IMG/VR virus record: IMGVR_UViG_3300009790_002068
Span: 19,165 to 83,164 of that record
Strand: one strand, 5' to 3'
DNA: 64,000 nt
From: a virus
Positions 46,902 to 56,480 of this stretch are shown one piece after another. The notes beneath the pieces are model-generated. The model was not told the origin of the DNA. It worked only from the letters and a program-made list of their open reading frames with translations, and ran no database searches. Every line of letters starts with the position of its first letter. Within the stretch, counting starts at the first letter, position 1. Both the position numbers and the translations under genes were made by a program.

Positions 46902-47831
46902 TTAAGCGGCGATTGGTGCGGCTTGGAATCGTTTACCAAATATGTTATCTGTAAATAACTTCCAATCAGCATCTTTAGGATGCCATTCTTTCTTTTCAAT
47001 TTGGTGTGTAGCCAATTGCCAGATCCAACTACCAACACAACAAGCTTCAGCATAGTGCCAAGCACTTGCTCCTTGTGTTGCTGGTACTCTTGTGTAATAT
47101 ATATCACATTGGGATTGTCCAAACTTTTTCCCATTAATATTACAAAATATATCCAAATAACTATCCTGGTGGTTATATAACTTCTTAGCCGATCTAACAA
47201 TATCTCTATAACCTTTACTTAGGTATAACCAATTTAAACTATAATCATGTGGATGATATGGAAGGTATAAAGCATGACTAATAGCTTCTGATACATAATT
47301 CCTACTTCTTAAACTAACTTCACTAAAATGATCTTTACCGCTGTTAACAATGTCTTGATATAGCTTTGGATCTATATTTGGAGCAATAGCTGTTTTACCG
47401 TCCCACATATTTGGATTCATTCCAACATAATAATCTAAGCGATCAACTGTTGAAAACTCTGACATCATCACTGCTGACATCATATCCATTAATCCTGAAA
47501 ATACACCAACTCCGTCTACTATATTTTTACCTGTACCATGAAACATATCAGTTCTATTAACAGTAATTAAACAATTTTGATCTGGTAAAGCGTTGGCTAT
47601 AGCGTGAGTAGTTGGAAATTCACTGTTTGTTACTATGTAATCGTGATTTTCAGCTATTTCCTGTGGCGTGTAATTAGCAAATGGTAAAGCACCCTGTGAT
47701 AGTGTTTGACCTACTTGAGAGTCGTCAAACCACGTTATATCAAGTCCTATATGAAATCTATTCTTCTGTCTTAGGAGTACACTCCTTATTGCAGACCCTA
47801 ATTGACCGTTACATACTATAGCTATCTTCAT
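46902..47831 (-). CDS. Divergent Rossmann-fold protein (saccharopine dehydrogenase/homospermidine synthase-like)
   Basis: MKIAIVCNGQLG N-terminal Rossmann-like motif and GVGVFSG (cf. G.G..PG). Confidence 0.45.
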   Translation of the reverse strand: MKIAIVCNGQLGSAIRSVLLRQKNRFHIGLDITWFDDSQVGQTLSQGALPFANYTPQEIAENHDYIVTNSEFPTTHAIANALPDQNCLITVNRTDMFHGTGKNIVDGVGVFSGLMDMMSAVMMSEFSTVDRLDYYVGMNPNMWDGKTAIAPNIDPKLYQDIVNSGKDHFSEVSLRSRNYVSEAISHALYLPYHPHDYSLNWLYLSKGYRDIVRSAKKLYNHQDSYLDIFCNINGKKFGQSQCDIYYTRVPATQGASAWHYAEACCVGSWIWQLATHQIEKKEWHPKDADWKLFTDNIFGKRFQAAPIAA

Positions 47832-47848
47832 TTGAACACCTTCTATTT

Positions 47849-47863
47849 GTATAAATATTTATC
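47849..47863. promoter_or_regulatory. Divergent late-type promoter boxes
   Basis: GTATAAATATTTATC gives TATAAATA on + and GATAAATA on -, between divergent genes. Confidence 0.6.
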
Positions 47864-47877
47864 GTAAAGGAAGGTCA

Positions 47878-48159
47878 ATGAGTAATTTTTTCTATCTAAT
47901 AGGGGAAGTAGGTTTCCCAATAGCAGGCGCCATAATAGCTGGTATTTTCATATACATTGTTATTAAATTCATTTTGGCGAGTGTTACCCAAACAGTAACT
48001 ACTATGCAAAGTATGATTAAAGCTCTAGACAACAGAGTTCAAACAATGAACAACGATTTAGTCAAAATTGACACTTTACTATCTCACGTTGCTGGTGTAA
48101 GACCGGACGTGTCCAGAATAGCCGCGAATGAAGGCAAAGAAGATGCAAGGAGAGATTAA
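47878..48159 (+). CDS. Small membrane protein with GFPI motif and coiled coil (YvrJ/holin-like), paralog 1
   Basis: VGFPIAGAIIAGIFIY TM segment followed by LDNRVQTMNNDLVKID. Confidence 0.65.
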   Translation: MSNFFYLIGEVGFPIAGAIIAGIFIYIVIKFILASVTQTVTTMQSMIKALDNRVQTMNNDLVKIDTLLSHVAGVRPDVSRIAANEGKEDARRD

Positions 48160-48296
48160 TGGCAGAAGGTGATGTACAAGCAGGAATAGAATTTATATAT
48201 CATATGAGAGAACATCTAATTGATATTGGTATTGCTACAGTATATGGCTTGGCCGTTTATGCCTTGGTACTTTGGATCAAGAAAAAGTTAGGATAA
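48159..48296 (+). CDS. Small membrane protein (45 aa, not in ORF track)
   Basis: MAEGDVQAGIEFIYHMREHLIDIGIATVYGLAVYALVLWIKKKLG; TAATG-coupled. Confidence 0.6.
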   Translation: MAEGDVQAGIEFIYHMREHLIDIGIATVYGLAVYALVLWIKKKLG

Positions 48297-48302
48297 ACTA
48301 GG

Positions 48303-48506
48303 ATGTTATGGGTAGATTATACAATCAGCCAAGCTGGAGAGAATTTTAAAGTTGAAGGTGATTGGCCTGGTGAAGTAATGGGCGTAAGTAATAAAGAGGG
48401 CGATAAACAAAAAGAAAGTTATTTGTATCAGCCCGGAGATATTTTTATAGTAAACGAAGATGGTTGGCTTGTGAAACAGCAAAGAAAGGCCAATAAAATC
48501 TTATAA
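48303..48506 (+). CDS. Hypothetical protein
   Basis: 67-aa ORF. Confidence 0.6.
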   Translation: MLWVDYTISQAGENFKVEGDWPGEVMGVSNKEGDKQKESYLYQPGDIFIVNEDGWLVKQQRKANKIL

Positions 48507-48514
48507 GAGATGTT

Positions 48515-48823
48515 ATGGGTATAGAAGATTTAGTCGAAGTCATTAACAAATACGGCTTTCCCATAGTGGCGGCCGTAGGCATGGGCTACTTTATATGGTT
48601 CATATACCAATGGGTAACTAAAACTATTAAACCTGTACTTTCATCTACAACTGTAACGTTAATTGCTCTTATCGATAGAATAAGAATGTTAGACAATGAT
48701 ATGATTCGTTTAACAGTAAAACTCAATATGATATTAGAAGGTCTTGAGGAGAAAGAAAAACGTGATAATGATAAACAAAAAAATGGACGAAGCGGAAGCA
48801 AGGGCGTGGAAAAGTCTAGATAG
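48515..48823 (+). CDS. Small membrane protein with GFPI motif and coiled coil, paralog 2
   Basis: YGFPIVAAVGMGYFIW followed by LIDRIRMLDNDMIRL. Confidence 0.65.
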   Translation: MGIEDLVEVINKYGFPIVAAVGMGYFIWFIYQWVTKTIKPVLSSTTVTLIALIDRIRMLDNDMIRLTVKLNMILEGLEEKEKRDNDKQKNGRSGSKGVEKSR

Positions 48824-48918
48824 ATCATTAGGTGGCGTTATATGGAGCCACTGTGATATGTGTAAATCTTTTGTTATTGGAACAATTTTAGGATTTGCTA
48901 CTTGTCTAATTTTAATAG

Positions 48919-51021
48919 CTATTTTGTAGTAGCTACATATACACCATCCCAATCTTTAGGCGGTGGATTAATTTTATAATCTTTAATTCGATCAGTTATA
49001 ATAGTATAATAACTATCTAACTCTCCGGAAAACTTACCCATTAGGTTATCGATAGCATCTTCACAGAACTTCCAGTTCTGCTTAACATAATTTTCTCTTA
49101 ATTTACAATGTAAATCAACAAGGTGATGTAGTTGAGCAATTTCTTCTAGTTTAACAATGTCAGGATCAACAACAGTATAAATCGCTACTGGTTCTTTTTT
49201 ACCTTTAACAGCAATAGAATCTAATTCTAAAATTGTGTGCTTACCTGTTAAAGCCTTTGCTGTTTCTTGTCCAAATAATATTTTCACACCGTATCCTTTC
49301 GTTTGTCCTTCTAGTCTGGCCGCTAAATTAACAGCGTCACCTAAACAACTATAATCAAATCTTTGATCTGAACCCATGTTACCTACAACAGCATCGCCTG
49401 TATTAAGACCAATTCCTATGTTAATTGGTAACATCTTTTCTTTAGTTAACTGAGTATTTAACTCTTTTAAGCCCTTTAACATACTAATACTGGTATCAAC
49501 AGCTTTATCGGCCTGTTGTTCTACATCTAAAGGAGCATTCCAAAACGCCATAATACAGTCACCCATATACTTGTCAACAGTACCTTCATTTACCATAATA
49601 ATATCCGTCATTGGTGTTAAGAACCTATTAACTAATTCCGTTAGTCCTTGTGGGTTAGTTTTAAATTGCTCTGATATAGGAGTAAACCCTCTAATATCAC
49701 AGAACAATAAAGTTAACTGTCTAGTATCACCACCCAATTTCAATAAGTCTGGATTCTTCTGGAGCTTTTTAACCATTGCCGGAGCTAGATAATGTTCAAA
49801 CTGTTTCTTGATTTGTTGTTTAAGCATAAACTCTTTTACAAATCTATTAAAGACAGCATGAAATCCAACAACAAAAATCATTACTGCTGGCATAGTAGGA
49901 TCTATTAGCCAAAGTTTAGTGTTAAACAAATATGTTACTCCATATCCAATACCACCCAAACTAGAAATAATTAGTATACCACTAAACCAATAAGGAGCAA
50001 AAGCAATAACAACAACAAGTAAAAGTCCAATAGCAAGTATTCCACCAAGTTCGTATAAGTCAGCCCACATAGGACGCTCTACAGTTTCGCCTAATATAAT
50101 TGTGCTTAATGTACTACCTATAATTTCGTGTGGATACTTTTCACCTAAAGGTGTAGCAACCGGATTGCCTAATCCTTCTGCTGTTAATCCTATAATAACA
50201 GTTTTACCTTCAATGCCTTCTAAACCATCTACTGTATAATTAAGTGTTGGTATGTCAGCATTCCAACGTAAAAATAATCTACCTCTATCGTCAGTTTTAA
50301 TAATTCCTCTGTTAATAGGAAAGCCTTTTACTCTAACACTATGAATTCCGTATGGTGTAGTTTTCATTTGATAACTGTCTACACCCATCATTACTCTTAA
50401 TGTTTCTATTGCTATATTAGGATACAAATCTCCTTGTACGTTAATAAGCAAAGGAACACGTCTTACAACGCCATCTACTTCTGGTGCTGTACTAATAACA
50501 CCTACACCATCTACTACGTCAGCTAACGAAGTTAGAGGCCCTAGCATACCTGGATATGTAAATAAATTGTTGGCCGCATCTTTATTACCACCAACCATAC
50601 TAACGCCACGAGGTATACCCGTTGTGCTTTTTTGTATGCTACCTGTCTGTGCTATAACTACACCATTTTGGTAAAGCATTTCCATAAACTCTTGATCTTT
50701 ATTAAACCTATCTGCTTCACTAAACAATACAGGTAAAACAATTACTCCAGCACCGGCCATTCTTAATTCTAATATTAATTGTGCTATCTTATCTCTAGGC
50801 CAAGGCCATTGTCCGTTTGACTCTATACTTGCTTCGCCTAAAGTTACATAAACTAAATTATTATCTTGGTAAACTGTTTCATTTTGTAGTTGGTAATCAA
50901 AACTCTTTAACTTTGCTGTTTGAACAACCCAAGGATTAACAAACACCATATAAGCTATAGCAAAAACTGTAAGGAATGGAATAGTCCAATGTGTTAAAAT
51001 CTTACTTAACTTTGTTTTCAT
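48919..51021 (-). CDS. CHASE2-domain class III adenylate/guanylate cyclase
   Basis: GQWPWPR and DGVVRRVPL (CHASE2), three TMs, then LFCDIRGFT, DKYMGDCIMAFWNAP, GIGLNTG and GDAVNLAARLE. Confidence 0.95.
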   Translation of the reverse strand: MKTKLSKILTHWTIPFLTVFAIAYMVFVNPWVVQTAKLKSFDYQLQNETVYQDNNLVYVTLGEASIESNGQWPWPRDKIAQLILELRMAGAGVIVLPVLFSEADRFNKDQEFMEMLYQNGVVIAQTGSIQKSTTGIPRGVSMVGGNKDAANNLFTYPGMLGPLTSLADVVDGVGVISTAPEVDGVVRRVPLLINVQGDLYPNIAIETLRVMMGVDSYQMKTTPYGIHSVRVKGFPINRGIIKTDDRGRLFLRWNADIPTLNYTVDGLEGIEGKTVIIGLTAEGLGNPVATPLGEKYPHEIIGSTLSTIILGETVERPMWADLYELGGILAIGLLLVVVIAFAPYWFSGILIISSLGGIGYGVTYLFNTKLWLIDPTMPAVMIFVVGFHAVFNRFVKEFMLKQQIKKQFEHYLAPAMVKKLQKNPDLLKLGGDTRQLTLLFCDIRGFTPISEQFKTNPQGLTELVNRFLTPMTDIIMVNEGTVDKYMGDCIMAFWNAPLDVEQQADKAVDTSISMLKGLKELNTQLTKEKMLPINIGIGLNTGDAVVGNMGSDQRFDYSCLGDAVNLAARLEGQTKGYGVKILFGQETAKALTGKHTILELDSIAVKGKKEPVAIYTVVDPDIVKLEEIAQLHHLVDLHCKLRENYVKQNWKFCEDAIDNLMGKFSGELDSYYTIITDRIKDYKINPPPKDWDGVYVATTK

Positions 51022-51220
51022 CTTCTTTTTTCCATCTTAATTTTTCTCTTGTTTCTAATTGATTTTTGAACCAACCGGTTACCTCTTCACTATCACAACA
51101 TTGAACCATAAACTTAATACCCACATAACCATCTCCCTGAAACATAAGCTGGCCGTCTTTATAAAATCTACTTTTCCCGTCGTCTAGTACTAGACGATAA
51201 TTTTCATGTTCGTATAACAT
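51002..51220 (-). CDS. Hypothetical protein
   Basis: 72-aa ORF. Confidence 0.55.
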   Translation of the reverse strand: MLYEHENYRLVLDDGKSRFYKDGQLMFQGDGYVGIKFMVQCCDSEEVTGWFKNQLETREKLRWKKEDENKVK

Positions 51221-51232
51221 AAAAGTATTTAA

Positions 51233-52723
51233 CTAATTTTGTGTCACAGAAGTAGTACACCCAGAACTATTAGTACAGTCTTGTGTAAGTGTATAATTTT
51301 GGTCTGTACTGCTGTTTTGGTCTAATGTTACAGTACTTGATCCACCTGAATTTGTTAAATCTATTCTAGCACCGTGGTCACCTGACCCTCGCTGTGTTGC
51401 TGTAACTGTATGTCCGTTTCCGTTAATATCCAAATCTAAATAATGATTTCCAGTTTCTTTTTGGTCTGTTGATATAGTATTACTACTTCCATCTAAGTCT
51501 ATAAACAAGTCTTTTGAATTATTATTTCTTTGATATGATGTTACTGTATTTTGTCCGCCTGTAATATCAATGTGTGAGAAATGGCTAGAAGTATTACCAC
51601 CATCATTATATTGATAAAGTGTTAAACTATTAGTATCGCCTGTTACATTTACTTTTGCTTTATGTCCGCCAGTATCACTATTACCCATTGTTCCTTGTCT
51701 AATCATTACAGTATTAGCATCTCCGTCTACGTCTAGTCCAATACCATTATTATTAGATGCTCCTAAACTCGAACCTTGCTCTAGTGTTATGTCTAAATTA
51801 TCACCAGTAAGTGTAGCAACAGAACTAAAATCACTTCCTTCAATAAAGTTATTGTCACCTTTTTGAATAATATCTAAATCTAAATTTCCGCCACTTTGTG
51901 TAATTCTTATTGTGTTGGTACTATATGTTCTACTTGTTGCTGTAGACTTTATTGTCGATTGACTAGATGTTATAGCAACAGAAGACGCTGACCTTGTTGT
52001 TGCTGTAGAAACAGCAACATCTGATTGTAGTGAATCAATCCATGCTTGGTCACCACTATTATAATAACTTGAATGAGAAGCATAGTTAATATCTAATACT
52101 ACAATAACTTTACCATTAGCATAACTGCTCATAGCGTCACCGTCCCATAAAGCACCAACTACTTTACTTGTATTACTTGGGTCTCTTATTAACCATTTAC
52201 CATTTGTTCCTATGTTATCAAAATAACCAGAAGCAACAACTGTCATGTCATCACTACTAGAATAACTTGTCATAATATCTCTGTTTTCGTCCATTGAATA
52301 CCCAGAACCACTACCACAACAAGATTGACCAGAATGTGATATGTTGTTATCACCTGTAACTTCTTGTAAGAAAGCAACAATTCCATCATTCCTAGCGTCG
52401 AAGTTACCGTTCTCACCTACTAGGTATACAGTACCTCCATTTGATAATACTGTTTTAAATCTGTCTTTATCTGCTGTTGAGTAACTAGAGTAAGAATATC
52501 TTATATCATAAACTTGGTCATAGTTAGATGCTGTATAAGAATATGATGAACTTGTATTCTGCATGGTCACAGTATGACCAGCATTTTCTAATCTGTTTTT
52601 ATGTTTGCTATGTGTATTACCGTAGTTTTGGTGGATAATTAAAACATCATCTGCTAATACTGATGTTGTAAAGAAAATCAAAAATAGAAAACAAAATATA
52701 CTACTGAGCTTGGTAAATGACAA
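51233..52723 (-). CDS. Secreted protein with C-terminal curlin-like repeats
   Basis: Signal peptide, globular N-domain, then repeats of I.Q.G..N / ..G..N...I.Q; ends SVTQN. Confidence 0.72.
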   Translation of the reverse strand: MSFTKLSSIFCFLFLIFFTTSVLADDVLIIHQNYGNTHSKHKNRLENAGHTVTMQNTSSSYSYTASNYDQVYDIRYSYSSYSTADKDRFKTVLSNGGTVYLVGENGNFDARNDGIVAFLQEVTGDNNISHSGQSCCGSGSGYSMDENRDIMTSYSSSDDMTVVASGYFDNIGTNGKWLIRDPSNTSKVVGALWDGDAMSSYANGKVIVVLDINYASHSSYYNSGDQAWIDSLQSDVAVSTATTRSASSVAITSSQSTIKSTATSRTYSTNTIRITQSGGNLDLDIIQKGDNNFIEGSDFSSVATLTGDNLDITLEQGSSLGASNNNGIGLDVDGDANTVMIRQGTMGNSDTGGHKAKVNVTGDTNSLTLYQYNDGGNTSSHFSHIDITGGQNTVTSYQRNNNSKDLFIDLDGSSNTISTDQKETGNHYLDLDINGNGHTVTATQRGSGDHGARIDLTNSGGSSTVTLDQNSSTDQNYTLTQDCTNSSGCTTSVTQN

Positions 52724-53801
52724 TTTCGTTTCCTCCAGTTCCTCCTAATTCATAATCGAAAACTTCGAAGTCTTGTTGCTTTACATTAATAGTATAGTTA
52801 TTATCGTTAGTTAATTCTAAGTCGATTGTATTATTGCCGTCAACTCTTCTGCTCCAGTTCCAGCTATCATCTCTCACAATTAATATAATACCACGTTCAT
52901 CTATAGATGATTTTTCTTTTTTCTTTATACCTGCTAAAGCGTCTTTGCTTAATAATTTAATAAGTTCTGCGTTAACTTGTTCTAAGATATCTGGTAATAG
53001 GTCAAAGTCTAACCAGTTAATAGCCAATTCGTCAAATTCTTCTTCTACTTCTAAAGCATCAACATCTAATTCTTTAAACTCTAAAAAATCAATATCAAGT
53101 AAGTCAACAACTTTTTGTCTTGCTAAGGCGTCTTCGTCCTCAACAATAGGTTTACTTCTTATTAATAATAAGTTATTAATTAAACTTTCATCTATTTCTA
53201 ACTGTACAACTGGTGACGGTGAACGTTCTCGAGAACTAGTAGATGTTGCCTGAAATGCCTGGGTAAGAAGAACAAAACCTGCATCGGTTTCTACACTTAT
53301 CTCACCTACATAACAAGCACCGGAAATATCACAAGAGGGGAGCAATATGATTGTACTGCCGCCGAGCTCGTCCACTGTCATAGTAAAGTCAGTACCCCTT
53401 ACTCCAATAGTTGAAGTAGGAGTTTCTATTTTAACATTTTGCCTAAAGTTTTTTGCCAGTTTGCCTGAAGCATATCTAATTGTGCCTAATTTAGCCTGTA
53501 AGTTCAAGGAGCCTTCATTATTACTTGGATCATATACATAATCGTCAATAGTTAATAAAGACTGAGGAGTCATATCTACGATAGTTTCATCTATGAACGT
53601 AAGTCTATGAGCTCCTTGAAATGTTTCAATTCTATCCATCATTTCTAATGGAGTATTTTCTTCAGTTTCAAGAGAAGTCCCACCTTCTCTTTCTAATAAT
53701 CCAGAGCTTTCAGCCGCACTAACTATACCGATAGATTTATCATCAGCTATAGCTACTGAGCTAAAGAGGAGCGAAAACACGATTATTAGCTTGTATAACA
53801 T
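52701..53801 (-). CDS. FecR-domain secreted protein
   Basis: Signal peptide; D.I.T...F.DET, G..RYASG and TPTSTIGVRGTDF motifs. Confidence 0.85.
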   Translation of the reverse strand: MLYKLIIVFSLLFSSVAIADDKSIGIVSAAESSGLLEREGGTSLETEENTPLEMMDRIETFQGAHRLTFIDETIVDMTPQSLLTIDDYVYDPSNNEGSLNLQAKLGTIRYASGKLAKNFRQNVKIETPTSTIGVRGTDFTMTVDELGGSTIILLPSCDISGACYVGEISVETDAGFVLLTQAFQATSTSSRERSPSPVVQLEIDESLINNLLLIRSKPIVEDEDALARQKVVDLLDIDFLEFKELDVDALEVEEEFDELAINWLDFDLLPDILEQVNAELIKLLSKDALAGIKKKEKSSIDERGIILIVRDDSWNWSRRVDGNNTIDLELTNDNNYTINVKQQDFEVFDYELGGTGGNEIVIYQAQ

Positions 53802-53808
53802 AAACGCC

Positions 53809-54498
53809 TTAGTCTGTTTGACTTATGTCAACGTCGTGACTAGCACCTGATGTAATCAAGTTTGTATTAGCATCATTAGTTCCACTTACAACAACATCAA
53901 AGTTTCCTGAAGATCCTGTGTGATGCATAGTTACACTATGACCAGCACTATCACCGTCGCCGTCAACATCAATGTTAAATGTATTTGTTGAACCTACTAT
54001 TGTTAATGAAGTTGGAGCACTAGCACCATCAACATCAATATTAGCTGTGTTAGTATCGCCTGTAATCTGTAATGTAACGTCTGAGTCAGCAGAGTTTCTA
54101 ATTGTACCTACATCAATGTCAATGTCGTTACTATCACCTGTTGAACCAGAATCAGTTACGTCAATATCAACGTTCCAGTTATCACAGTTATAGTTTCCAG
54201 TAGCATCACAATTTAAAACAATGTTGTTACTGTTACCAGTTACATCTATATCAACACTAGCTGAAGCACCTTCAACGTCTGCCGCCAAAATGTTACTGTT
54301 ACCAGTTTGAGTTACACTAAATGCCATAGTAGCACCTATCAACGATGCTCTAGCACTTGATGTACCAAATACGTTATTTGTACCATCTTGGACTACGTCT
54401 AAGTTTAGACTTGCTCCGCTTTGTGTAATATAAATGTCGTTGGCCCACACAGAAGTTGAAAACAGGAAAGTTAGTAAAGTTATAATTATTTTTTTCAT
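53809..54498 (-). CDS. Curlin-like (CsgA/CsgB-like) repeat protein
   Basis: Signal peptide MKKIII..VWA|NDIYITQSG; repeats Q.G..N...; ends ISQTD. Confidence 0.75.
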   Translation of the reverse strand: MKKIIITLLTFLFSTSVWANDIYITQSGASLNLDVVQDGTNNVFGTSSARASLIGATMAFSVTQTGNSNILAADVEGASASVDIDVTGNSNNIVLNCDATGNYNCDNWNVDIDVTDSGSTGDSNDIDIDVGTIRNSADSDVTLQITGDTNTANIDVDGASAPTSLTIVGSTNTFNIDVDGDGDSAGHSVTMHHTGSSGNFDVVVSGTNDANTNLITSGASHDVDISQTD

Positions 54499-54511
54499 AA
54501 TATCCTTTTCC

Positions 54512-55390
54512 TTATCTATTAAAAGTGTCTGGAACCCAACTATCAACAATGACTTTTTCTTCTTTTAGTTCTGTCTTTATTTCTTGTTTAGATTCTTTCA
54601 CTTCGTTTACTTTCTTATAAGCCCAAAGATTTTTTTGTTTACCTTTTTCAATCAAGTTACAGACTGCTAATTCAATAGCAAGTCTTGTAGCTACATTTAC
54701 TGGTTCGTTAAGTGCCGTTCCTATTTCTGCTTCAAGTGGTTCTGTTCCAGCATCCATCCAACGGAAAACATCACCTTGTGTTTTTACACTTATGATTGTT
54801 TTTGTTGTAGTAGATGTTAATAAAACTTCTCCGCTTGATACAGATACTAATCTAATACTGACCGTTACTGTATCTCTTGTGTATTGAGTATTTGCTCCAA
54901 TGCCTAGCACTCGAGCTCCGTACCCGCCTGATTCAAGGTTGCTGTCGTATCCAACTATGGCTCCTTCTATTAAAACTCCAGCAAACAATAGAGGTTGTAG
55001 GACATCTTGGTCTTTATTAAGCTCTCTTGTTTGTCTTATAATTTGTCTTTCTTTTATAAGGTGATCAATACCAGTTCGTTCAACAACTTGGAACCAACTA
55101 CTATCTCCTACTTCTTTAAGAGTTTCTATTAGATAAGCACCAGCACCTTGGGTAACTGCTGAGCTTAAATGTGCTATTTGTCCAGGCTTTCTTTGGCCAG
55201 TTAAGTCACTAAACTGATATACTGCTACAGTAATCAGTGGACCATCTAGCTTTGGAAAGTTCTTGACATCTTGTGAGGCATTTTGTACACCAGCGTCAGA
55301 ATAATGCTTTTTGTAAGTATTATTACTAACTGTCGCTGTACAGCCTACCAAGAACATAGCAACTAGGATTATTGAAAATATCTTGTTCAT
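54512..55390 (-). CDS. csgG: Curli secretion channel CsgG-like lipoprotein
   Basis: Lipobox LVG|C, VAVYQFSDLTGQRKP, SSAVTQG, WFQVVER, ERQIIR and EGAIVGYD motifs. Confidence 0.92.
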   Translation of the reverse strand: MNKIFSIILVAMFLVGCTATVSNNTYKKHYSDAGVQNASQDVKNFPKLDGPLITVAVYQFSDLTGQRKPGQIAHLSSAVTQGAGAYLIETLKEVGDSSWFQVVERTGIDHLIKERQIIRQTRELNKDQDVLQPLLFAGVLIEGAIVGYDSNLESGGYGARVLGIGANTQYTRDTVTVSIRLVSVSSGEVLLTSTTTKTIISVKTQGDVFRWMDAGTEPLEAEIGTALNEPVNVATRLAIELAVCNLIEKGKQKNLWAYKKVNEVKESKQEIKTELKEEKVIVDSWVPDTFNR

Positions 55391-55848
55391 TAGAATGCAA
55401 AATCTCCTACAGGTACTGACATTGTTGTAACAGTTCCATCGGACTCTGTAATCCTAATGTTAATGTTATCTCCAACTTTTTCCCAGTAAATGATGTTGTC
55501 TTCTATTTCGGCAGTACCACTTGTAGCACTACCTTCTCCAAACATATTATCAACTAACTGTTTGGATAATTGAGCATAGATACGACTTTCTACGTTGACT
55601 AAAAATTTCTTAACAGTATTTTGAGTGGCTTGTCTTTCAGCTTCTTTGGCTTCTGCTTCTGCTTTGTCTTTTACTTCTTTTTGACGTGTGAAGCGAAGCT
55701 GTTCTACTGATAAAACGTGAGATGAATAACCGTTTCCAGAATGAAAGGAAGGGTTTTTAAACCCAAACTCCAACTGTTGAGCTCTTAGGCTCGTGTTGAA
55801 ACCCACGGTGATCACTAAGACCGCGGCGATTATTATGTATCTCGTCAT
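55390..55848 (-). CDS. csgF: Curli assembly protein CsgF-like
   Basis: Signal peptide then L.F.FKNPSF..G; adjacent to csgG. Confidence 0.82.
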   Translation of the reverse strand: MTRYIIIAAVLVITVGFNTSLRAQQLEFGFKNPSFHSGNGYSSHVLSVEQLRFTRQKEVKDKAEAEAKEAERQATQNTVKKFLVNVESRIYAQLSKQLVDNMFGEGSATSGTAEIEDNIIYWEKVGDNINIRITESDGTVTTMSVPVGDFAF

Positions 55849-55868
55849 AAAACAACTCCCCGTACTAT

Positions 55869-56114
55869 TTAATTCTCAGTCGAGGTGTCTAATAAGACCT
55901 TATATTCTTCGTTAGATACACAAGCAAAGTCATACAATACGCCTTCGGTTTTGTAGAAATTGTTTACGTGGATGTTTATAGGTGTGTAATTTTGCTGAGC
56001 GAACTGGATACATTGTATTTCGTTCTCAAAACTTATATTTTTAAACTCATAGACCTCGTATGTGGTATTATCCACATTAGATACTATTGCCATTAAAATC
56101 CAGAATATTTTCAT
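55869..56114 (-). CDS. Small hypothetical protein with two Cys
   Basis: 81 aa, hydrophobic N-terminus, GAGGAG RBS. Confidence 0.6.
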   Translation of the reverse strand: MKIFWILMAIVSNVDNTTYEVYEFKNISFENEIQCIQFAQQNYTPINIHVNNFYKTEGVLYDFACVSNEEYKVLLDTSTEN

Positions 56115-56164
56115 ATTGACTCCTCAGCAAATATTTATGCCATTTCCGTAAAAATCTTTACGGA

Positions 56165-56452
56165 TCAGAGAGTATTTAAGTCGATGTCAAGCGATTTTAT
56201 TCTATGGTGTAATCGTTCCCTTGATATTCCTAAATCCCTGGCCGCCTTCGCTATTACATTATGGTTGTTTTGAAGGGCTCTTTGTATATTCTTCTTTTCT
56301 AAGTTCTTAAGATAGTCTGGTAACGGTTCACTCGGATCTGGTGTGAAGAAATCATCATCTGGAATTGAAAACTGAAGGTCGTCTAATGACTTCCATATAA
56401 ATTCCTGCTCTGTGATGTGATCAGCCGTCATAAAACTTTTTCGGTCTGTCAT
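56165..56452 (-). CDS. Stand-alone Fis-type HTH protein
   Basis: L..LEK..I..AL......AKAARDLGISR..L..RIK HTH_8 motif. Confidence 0.85.
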   Translation of the reverse strand: MTDRKSFMTADHITEQEFIWKSLDDLQFSIPDDDFFTPDPSEPLPDYLKNLEKKNIQRALQNNHNVIAKAARDLGISRERLHHRIKSLDIDLNTL

Positions 56453-56480
56453 TTTTGGTGTTAATCCTTCTTATGCTACT

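Noticed and set aside
48744-48952. ORFs 48744..48929(+) and 48734..48952(-)
   Set aside because: They overlap neighbours on both strands. A shorter + strand peptide may be real, but I cannot support a start site.
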